This document shows, piece after piece, positions 54,735 to 64,000 of a stretch of DNA of 64,000 bases (position 1 is its first letter; each line of letters starts with the position of its first letter). Position numbers and translations under genes: made by a program. The notes under the pieces were generated by a model, which saw nothing but the letters and a program-made list of their open reading frames with translations, was not told the origin of the DNA and did no database searches. The stretch comes from the human T2T-CHM13v2.0 reference genome, Homo sapiens. The DNA lies in the NCBI RefSeq assembly GCF_009914755.1, contig NC_060931.1; one strand, 5' to 3'.

Positions 54735-57700
54735 CCCGAGGAAAGCCGAGGGAGAAACTGGCCAGGATGGGGACGGGGCGGCCCTGCGGAGGAATTCCCG
54801 CAGCCCGGTGGGACTTGCAGAGGAACAAAGACCCCGGGCCAGGGTCTCCAGGAGGGTCAGACAGTTGGGGAGCCGCTTTCCTGGCCACTTGTGTTGCTAG
54901 CAGAGACACCTGAACACCTGAAGGAGGAGGGGAGGCGGCTGCAGGGCTCATGGCCTGTCTCAGCTCAGCACTGGCTCCCTGCAGGGCAGACCCGGGGCCC
55001 CTTTCCTGGACGGGACTCGGGGGAACTTGCCTTTGGCCAGAGCTCCAGGGAACCTGCAGATCAAAGGTCCAGCCCTTCCTTTTGACTGGGGCTCAGGGCT
55101 GGATGGGTCATTATCCAAATTGCTTCTGGCTTCTGAACACCCCCCTGCCGGGAGTCTTTAAAGGGTGGATTTGCAAAGTCCCCATGACACAGTTGCTGGG
55201 CAATTTGTCAGGACGAGGAAATATTCCTTAGACATCCACACGAGCTGATGCCCAGAACTGCTGCAGCGGTGCCCTTCCCCCATGCGGGGCTGTGGCCTGG
55301 ACGTCTGTCTCCCGACCTCACGTGGACCCCTGATCCTCGATACTGGAGTGGGGCCTAACCGGAGGTGTTTGGCCGTGAGGGTGGGCCCTCGTGAACAGAC
55401 TGGCCCCCTCCCTGGGGTGAGGGGGTTCCCACTGTTGGGAGAGCCTGGTGCCCCCCGCCCCCACTCCGCCCCTTTCTCGCTGCGTACTCTCTGCACACAA
55501 CAGCTCCCCTCGACTTCTGCCAGGAGTGGATGCGGCCTGAGGACCTTGCCAGATGCAAATGTCCAATTTTGAACTCTGCAGCCAGCAGAATCCTGTGTCG
55601 AATAAGCCTCCTCATAAACCACGCAGTCTCAGGAGCTCTAGTATAGCCACACTGAAGCACTGAGACACCTACCACGCCCGCAGCTCAAGTCCCCACCTCA
55701 CGCCCACTGACCACGCTCTCACTTGTCTAGTGACATCCTTCCGGGAGCATCCCTGTCCCCAGTCTGCCCTGTCCAGAGCAGGTGACCAGGCCCATCCTGT
55801 CTGGGACTCCCGGAAGGGGGCACATGCGTGAGGCGTGCACAAGCACCCACCCTATGGGATCTGGCCCACAGAGTCAGGGGCCCAAGGCTTCCCACCAAGA
55901 CCCCAGCTCTCCACAGTGGCTCCTCCTTGGGGAAAGAAGGGCCAGAGAGAAGCTCTTGGGGGTCTGCAAGGCCTGTCTGCCTGTCCCTTGAGTCAAAGCT
56001 GACCTTGCCGGGCACAGATGGGGCCCCCAGGCCTGGTGCCAGCCCCGGGGCATCCCAGCCCTGCTGCTGCCCGGCTGTAGCCCTGAGTGCCCACAGCAGA
56101 GCTTTCAGAGGTCTCAGGACACCCTGCCCTGCAAGCTTCCCTTCAGTCTCCTCAGAAGAAATTGCTTTAATATTATTTACAAGCGCAGGGCGACGGAGCA
56201 GCCAGATGGGAAGATGAGTCTTTTTACGATGCAGGGAGGACTGGAGACCTGAGAAGGGATACTCAATATTAATACCATCACCTCAGTGTGGAATTGAGGC
56301 CTCTTGGTAACCAGAGGCTGTTCACACAAGATCCCTTGAGGAATGCCTTCCACAAACTTTGATGTGAACTAATTAAGTTTGCACAGTTAATCAGGACTGG
56401 CTGCCTTGGAGACGCAAAGGCACAGACCCAGAGAGCGGCTGCTACGGGATCTACAGCGACTGCTCTCTCTCTCGAATGGCAGCCCCTCCTGCTTGCAGGC
56501 CCTGTGCACCGCCTGGGGGCTTCGGGGCTCCACGAGCCAGATGACAGCCTCTAGTGAGCCACTGGGCCCTCGGGGAAGCCCTGGACAAGCCTGCCAGCGT
56601 GACAGGCACCATCGGCCCGCAATGGGCCAGGCAGACAGCCGTGATGCGCCCCAGGGGAGGGTGGGGTGGTCCTGGGTCTGGAGAACCATGCTGGTTTTGA
56701 AGCAAAACTCTTGGGATAGCCAGGGATGTCCATGTCAGAGACCACGAGTGCCCCCTGACAGACCGTGGGTGGGAGCACAGATGCTCAGCAGGGCTGGTTG
56801 GTGGGAGGGGGGCCAGAACGCCCGGGTGCACACTGGGAGCCAGGTGCCTGGGTTGGGAGTATAGGGCCTCAGTACATGCTGGAAGCCAGGTGCCCAGGTT
56901 GGTGGTGCAGAGCCCGGGTGCGCTCTGGGAGCCAGGTGCCCAGGTGGGAGGAGATAGACGCCTAGGCCCTTGCGCTGTGGGTCCCGACAGCCTCTGCCCT
57001 CCAAGACAAGGGTGGAGCCTTGCAGAGCCTGCTCCTGGAACCCTAACTGGTTCTGTAAAGCTCCCTGTGCCCCCACTGCAGGCTGAGGCCGTAACATGCT
57101 CCCAGGAACAAAGGGCTGAAGCAGAGATGAGAGCGAGCTCCACCCTCCAGACGGTTCCAGTCTCTGGGGCAGAGACACGAGGGTGCACTGTGCTGAGGAG
57201 AGGTCTTAAGTGGGGAAGAGGAGGCTCAGGGAGCGCTACAGAGAAGCTGCTGGTGTGAGACGCCACGGGAGGCTGCGGACAGGCAGGCAACGCAGAGGCC
57301 ATGGCACCTCTTGCCGGCCAGCCCCAGAGCAGTCCTGCTTGGCGGGAGCGTTGGGGGCAGGCAGGGGTGAAGGGCAGGGAACATCGTGAAAACCAACTAG
57401 ATCTGTTCCACGGGCTGACGGGAGCCCTGAGGGCCTTCAGTGAGGGTGTACCATGACTGGGGAAGCAGCAGGAGGCAGCGACATAGGGCCCGGTGAGGGC
57501 CAAGGAGGAGAGATGGGCAGCTCAGCTGCCAGCGCTGGCTGGGCCAGGCTCCTGCAGGCGTCTCACTGTGCTGGCCTGCTCTCCATGCCCACAGCGGTCC
57601 TCCTGCAGTAGGGATGGGGAGGTGCAGCTCGGAGGTAGGGGAGGTAGTGGGCAGCACTCACTACAGGGCCCGCTGGGCTCCTGACCGCAGAGTGGGTCAC

Positions 57701-60700
57701 CACAGCAGCACCTGCTGGCCCAGTGGGTGAGGGGCTGAGGTCGGCTGCAGTACTTGGAGATCTAGGGCCAAGCTGGGGCGAAGTGGGAGACAGAGGCAGG
57801 CAGAAGCTGGTGAGATGGATGGCACGGTCAGTGCCACAGACATGGGCACCGTAGGCCTCCCCTGGCATCACTGACCACATGCCAGGGACACACATGAAGC
57901 TCATGCCCAGCCCAAGCTCCAGAGGCCTTCGGGGCTAATGGAGGAGGGGAATGCCGGGACAAGGAAGTGTGGGACAAGGAAGAGGTGCTGGCTGCCTCCG
58001 CAGGACCCCCCCCGGAAGATGTAGAGGAGAGAAGCAGGTCCAGCATGGAAGGCGGCACTGCAGCCTGAGCTCCAGGTCTGGATGAGGCGGTGGCAGCAGC
58101 TTCCTCTGGGGGCCGCAGGAATTGGGACAGATCTGGCCCTTCTGCTCGCCCAATCTTCTGCAGAGTGCAAAGCGGGCCATGCATCCCACTGCAGGTGTGC
58201 AGTGAGTAGGAGCGAGGTGGGCCATGGGGCGCGGAGGCTTCTGCACATCTCAGCAGCACTCTGCCAGATTCTACCGGTGGCTCGGGCCCAATTTCCATTC
58301 CAGGAACCTGCGCCTGAGGCCTCCTGCAGGCAGGGAGAAGGGCCACGCTTCCTGGCCTCCGGGGCAGAGCTCCTGCAGGGTGGCTGTAGGGGATGGGAGG
58401 GGTGGCACAGGGAGGTGACACAGTCCCTCATTGGAGGGACTGGATGGGCTGAGCACTGGCCCCTGCCATCAGCTCTGGGACAATAATTGGAGCTGAAGTT
58501 GTTCCAACGACTTATTAAAAATAAATGGCGATGCATCGGAGGCAGTCCCTGCCCAGATGAGAGCCACATAATTAGAGCAGTGTCTGTGCTCGCTTCTCCC
58601 GTCTTCCCTAATACGGGGCGACAACCGTCTCTGAGGGGCCCTCCACATCTGTCCTCTGTGTGGCCAGTGCCCTGCCCTGCCCCACATGGCGCTGAGCAGA
58701 CGCCAGCAGTAATTCCCCTACTGACCTCTGTAAGCACTGTCCCTGCCGTGCCCGCTCAGAGTGGGCCCTCCTGCACCCTGCCATTCAGCCCAGCGAGGTG
58801 CACTGTGGCCCCCCAGACACCAGCACTCCTGACCCCACAGTGGCCCCTGGGGTGGACAATTTGGCCAAGATAACCTTGAGGCAGAACAGGGAGCCAAGCC
58901 CCACCTGCTGATAACCGAAATCAGTTAGAACTTTCTGGATTTTTAAGGAATTGGCTCTGAGATTTCAAGTCACTGCCTCCCCAGCTCCTGGGTACTGTGG
59001 AGGCAGCGTGGACTTCCATGGCTGCTGCCGCCCAGCACACACCACGCTTCCCGGGCTGCTCCCACGCAGGCCGCGCCTCCCGGGCTGCGTGCTGCTGGAG
59101 TGGGGCCCTCCATGTCTGTCCTCCCCAGCGAGGCCTCCCACCCACCCCACCCCACCCCACGGATAATTTACACAAAGAAAGTACAGGCTCAGCAGGGGGT
59201 GGGGAAGGGAGCTCCTGGAGGTCCCTCCAGGGATGGAGCATCATCCTGGGGTCCTGGGATTAGGCTTGGATTTCTCCAGCGCGTCATGCGATACCCTTGC
59301 GGCCTGCCTGGAAGTCAGCACAGCCCATGCCGGGTAGGAGTGACACGCACTGCGTGTTCACAGCCTTAACCAGAGGCGAGAGTTCTCACAGTTGGGGATG
59401 CGGCTCAGCACCAAGGGGCCAACAGGACGCAGTGACGACCACCAGGGGAACGCCCAGAAGACCAGCATGTCAGCTAAGGAGCTGAAGGTGTGACCTCCCC
59501 ACACAGGGGCCCAGCGGTGCAAGCCCTGGCACACCAACCCTCTGCATGGAGAACCTGGCCTCTTCCCCACACGGACGAAGCTGAGCACGGAAGCGCCGCC
59601 TCACCGCGCCAGGCAGAAAGCTAGCCCGGCACAGCCCAAACCCTCGCGTGTGTAGGACTCCCCCAAGGCTCTGTGAAAGGCAGGCTCTGGCTCGGCAGGC
59701 TGGGGTGGGGCCCGAATGGCACCGACGCAACTGGTCCAGGCCACACGTGGACGGTGAGACCCGGGACGGGAACATCCGAGCAACGATCCATGCCCAGGCA
59801 CCATCGCCCGCCCCCATGGCTGCCGGCATGGGGCGGGGTTGGGTCTCAAGGAGAAGGCACACACGCTGCTGTGGGGGCCACAGAGGCCCGGGGGAACGCC
59901 AGGGAAGGAGCAGTCAGCCCACGTGGAGAGCACCCCTTGCCTGGGACCCCCTCCCACAGCCTCTCCCAGAGGCCTCTCTGAGTTCCCAGCATCTACCTCG
60001 GCGCAGGCTCTTAGCTCTCCCTGAACTCCACCTTATAGGCTCTCAAGGGCAAGAACCAAGTCCAGGTTCCTAAACTCCCCAGGTTTCCTTAAATCCCCAG
60101 CCCAGGGTTGGGCACAGGGATGGCCTGCAAGAGCTCAGCCCACGTGCAGCTGGGAGCAGGTGACCTCCCCAGGGCCCTCTTCCCGGCGCCTTTGCTGCCT
60201 CCCCTTCTCTCCAACCTCAGTATCACAGGGACCCGGGAAAAAACACTGAAAAACGTGACAAAACGGAACATAACCATGTTCCAGCCTGGCTGTGCCATCC
60301 ATCTCCAGCTGCCGAAGGGTAATTTAATTAGCCTGCGTCGGTAATGAGCTACGATTGTCAATCAGCACTGTCACACTAGCACGGGTTGAGGGGGCCGAGG
60401 ACCACAGCCTCATGGAGATCACGTGCGTGGGCTCCATGGAACACATCACGACTGTCCCTGCAGGAGGTGATGCCACACCACACCTAGACTGGGCTCCCGC
60501 AAGTGCCTCCGTGGGGCAGGCAGGTTCAGGTCCAGCTGCTGACGGAGGACCCAGGCTCGTCCCACAAGGCAGGCTGTGAGCCCAGGAAGCAACGGGGTCC
60601 AACAGGCGGCTGGCTGGAGCACTTCATAAGCCAAGGGGTGCCTCGCCCGTGCCTCCCCTGCCCCTGCCGTGCCAACCCGGAGTCCACATTGGTAGGTGAG

Positions 60701-60852
60701 GTGTGGGAGGCCCAGACACGGCAGAACAAGCCTGACCTTGAACCGAGACAGGGAGAGTGACTGACCCCAGATGCGAGCCGCTGCCCAGAACTGTCGGCAG
60801 GAAGGCTGTGCAGGTGGCAGCTCACGATGTGTCACATCCGGCCTAGTTGGTG

Positions 60853-62450
60853 CCCAACATATGCCTGCCATGCTGAACCCAACATATGCCTGCCACACTG
60901 AACCGACCATAACACCTGCCACGCTGAACCCAACATATGCCTGCCACGCTGAACCGACCGTAACACCTGCCACGCTGAACCTAACATACGCCTGCCACGG
61001 TGAACCTACCGTAACACCTGCCACGCTGAACCCAACATACGCCTGCCACGCTGAACCCACCGTAACACCTGCCACGCTGAACCCAACATACTCCTGCCAC
61101 GCTGAACCCACCGTAACACCTGCCACGCTGAACCCAACATACGCCTGCCACGCTGAACCCAACATACACCTGCCACACTGAACCCAACATAAGCCTGCCA
61201 CGCTGAACCGACCATAACACCTGCCACGCTGAACCCAACATACGCCTGCCACGCTGAACCCACCGTAACACCTGCCACGCTGAACCCAACATATGCCTGC
61301 CACGCTGAACCCAACATATGCCTGCCACGCTGAACCCACCGTAACACCTGCCACACTGAACCCAACATACACCTGCCACACTGAACCCACCGTAACACCT
61401 GCCACACTGAACCCAACATATGCCTGCCACGCTGAACCGACCATAACACCTGCCACGCTGAACCCAACATATGCCTGCCACACTGAACCCAACATATGCC
61501 TGCCACGCTGAACCGACCATAACACCTGCCACGCTGAACCTAACATACGCCTGCCACGATGAACCTACCGTAACACCTGCCACGCTGAACCCAACATACG
61601 CCTGCCATGCTGAACCCACCGTAACACCTGCCACGCTGAACCCAACATACGCCTGCCACGCCGAACCAACCGTAACACCTGCCACGCTGAACCTAACATA
61701 CGCCTGCCACGGTGAACCTACCGTAACACCTGCCACGCTGAACCCAACATACACCTGCCACGCTGAACCCACCGTAACACCTGCCACACTGAACCCAAAA
61801 TACGCCTGCCACGCTGAACCGACCATAACACCTGCCGCGCTGAACCCAACATACGCCTGCCATGCTGAACCCACCGTAACACCTGCCACGCTGAACCCAA
61901 CATATGCCTGCCACGCTGAACCCAACATAAGCCTGCCACGCTGAACCCATTGTAACACCTGCCACACTGAACCCAACATACGCCTGCCACGCTGAACCCA
62001 CCGTAACACCTGCCACGCTGAACCCAACATATGCCTGCCACGCTGAACCCACCGTAACACCTGCCACGCTGAACCCAACATACGCCTGCCAAGCTGAACC
62101 CACCGTAACACCTGCCACGCTGAACCCAACATATGCCTGCCACGCTGAACCCAACCTACGCCTGCCACGCTGAACTGACCATAACACCTGCCACGCTGAA
62201 CCCAACATATGCCTGCCACGCTGAACCCAACATACGCCTGCCACGCCGAACCCACCGTAACACCTGCCACGCCGAACCCACCATACGCCTGCCACACTGA
62301 ACCCAACATACGCCTGCCATGCTGAACCCAACATACGCCTGCCACGCTGAACCCAACATAACACCTGCCACGCTGAAGCCAACATACACCTGCCACGCTG
62401 AACCCAACATAGGCCTGCCACGCTGAACCCAACATACGCCTGCCACTCTG
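60853..62450. repeat. About 1.6 kb minisatellite of alternating 25-bp and 26-bp subunits (51-bp higher-order unit)
   Basis: A = CCTGCCACGCTGAACCCAACATA(T/C)G; B = CCTGCCACGCTGAACCCACCGTAACA; roughly 60 subunits. Confidence 0.97.
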
Positions 62451-64000
62451 AACTCCTGCACCTGTGATGGCGGTGCAGGCTTCCCCGGAGGGCCAGCAGC
62501 TCGGAGCCCCAGAGGAGATGTGGAGGGGACATGGAGGGGACAGGGTCTAGGGTCCCCACACTTGGGGGTGGAGGAGATGAGAAGAGAGGGGGCAGAACTA
62601 CGGTGGCTCAGAGCCCACAGGACAGAGAAAGCAGAGGGAGGGAGAGACAGGATGAAGACCTCTCATCTCCAGGCTCTGCTGTGTTCCAGCATGACTCCCA
62701 GGCGGCAGCTCCTGCTGACAGATACAGGCCCAAACAGCCCAGTCCAGGCCCCAGGCCTTGGGGAGCCTCCTCCACACCCTGCAGGCCATCTGCGCTCCCT
62801 CTGTCCCCTGTCCCGCGACAGAGAGGCTGACACCTACCCCGCAGGGCTGCCTGCAGGGTCAGACATGCACACTGTGAGCCCCACGGGGTGCTGCAGGCCT
62901 GGGACTCAAACACTCTATAGAGAGGATCGGGGCCACACTGGGGCTGCCGCACCGTTTCCCAGATGACAGGTCATGCCCAGCGGCCTGGCCGATGGCCCTG
63001 AGCCCCAGGAAGTGAGGCCCCTGGTCCAGGTGCACCAGGCCTCCCCACAGCACCTGCTCCTGGGTGAGCCCTCACCCTCTGCGCTGCAGCTTCCCCGTCT
63101 GTCTCTGCTCCCAGGCCCTGAGCCTCAGGGCAGGCAGCTCCTCCTGTTCATGTCTAGCCCATGTCTGGCATCCAACAGTCGCCTGCGACACCGAACTGGG
63201 CTCAGCTGAACGAGAGGCCTTTCTTTCCAGAACAGGATCCAGGCTGAAAATCGCCTCCAGGACGCAGCCCAGGGCAGAGGCCGCTCTCTGCTCCCGCCGG
63301 CTCACACTCACACGGGCAGGTCTCCAGGGCTGTCCTCCTGGCTGCGGACTCCTGGGCACTGGACCGTGCCTCTCTCATCTGCCCCCAGCACAGGGCCAGA
63401 CACGGGTGATATGGAGAAACGCTTGCTGAACGAATAAACACAGGAATGAAAAGCCAGCTCCGAGCCTTCTGTGTGCTGAGATCGAACTCCACAGTGAGGA
63501 TCGTTCTGTTTGGAGAGGACACCGCGATGGACGTCAATAAAACGTCAACGCTTCCAGTCAATTCAAACACCCAGGGTGGGGGGCGCGTCAGAAGGAGAGA
63601 AAGCCGGAAACTGTCACGGAGAGAGAGATGGCCGTGATCTTTAATCCAGAAATCCCACTTTGGGGACTTTATCCCCAGGTGAGAAACGGAGAGAAGAAAG
63701 GGCCCAGCCCAGCAATGACGCAACGAGTCACACAGGGAAGGGCTGCATGCCGAGCCGTGGAGGAGCGGGGAGGAGCCCCCCGTGGGGCTGGTGGGCCCGG
63801 TTCCAATTCTGGTGCAGCCTCTCCTGCCTCAGTGTCCCTTTTCATAAGGGGGGCCTTGACCCCCACCGTAAATGTGTGCAGGGAGCCTGGCTCACAGGCC
63901 CCATCCCCGGCTGGGGAGTCCCCTCTGGACCTCACGGGCTGGGGCGCGAGTCCGGGTCCTGTCCTGGGGCCTCAATGGGCTAGAGAGCGCCAGCCCTAAA

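Noticed and set aside
41382-58737. Long minus-strand ORFs (332, 270, 350 and 278 aa) as extra MAD1L1 exons or nested genes
   Set aside because: Their Pro/Gly/Ala/Arg-rich composition is expected from high GC. They overlap ORFs in other frames and show no MAD1 coiled-coil sequence or recognisable domain.
60853-62450. CRISPR-like array (constant core with variable spacers)
   Set aside because: The spacers are only 9-10 nt and of two recurring types, there are no cas genes, and the context is human: it is a minisatellite.
60853-62450. Array of AHR xenobiotic response elements
   Set aside because: Only the GCGTG core is present (CAGCGTG), not the TNGCGTG consensus.
60446-62559. Long ORFs (366, 484 and 288 aa)
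   Set aside because: They are translations of a stop-poor tandem repeat in several frames, with no exon structure.

Overview
GC-rich human (primate) genomic DNA, recognisable as the 3' end of MAD1L1 (chr7p22.3), transcribed on the minus strand. The only well-supported coding sequence is the terminal MAD1L1 exon (7304->7146, 52 aa + TAG), followed by its 3'UTR and AATAAA. About 57 kb of the very long last intron follows. The intron holds the miR-4655 hairpin (35231-35304) and a ~10 kb ancient L1 with nested MLT1, Tigger1, MER41B and Alu insertions. It also holds a two-LTR MaLR provirus and many Alus. The window as a whole contains at least six minisatellites and about 15 short AT-rich, homeodomain-motif-dense islands that look like developmental enhancers. 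Almost all ORFs in the supplied track are artefacts of high GC or repeats. I found no CRISPR or prokaryote-type system and nothing I can call a proven new system. The best leads are: (1) a spliceable plus-strand (antisense) 219-aa ORF starting inside an L1 fossil; (2) an L1 fossil rewritten AT->GC into CpG-rich sequence with a re-opened ORF2 frame; (3) a MER41B LTR with intact tandem STAT GAS sites; (4) a perfect 9x31-bp array of CTCF-like sites; (5) POU/PBX/HOX motif islands. Repeat subfamily names and boundaries are by eye from remembered consensus sequences and are approximate.
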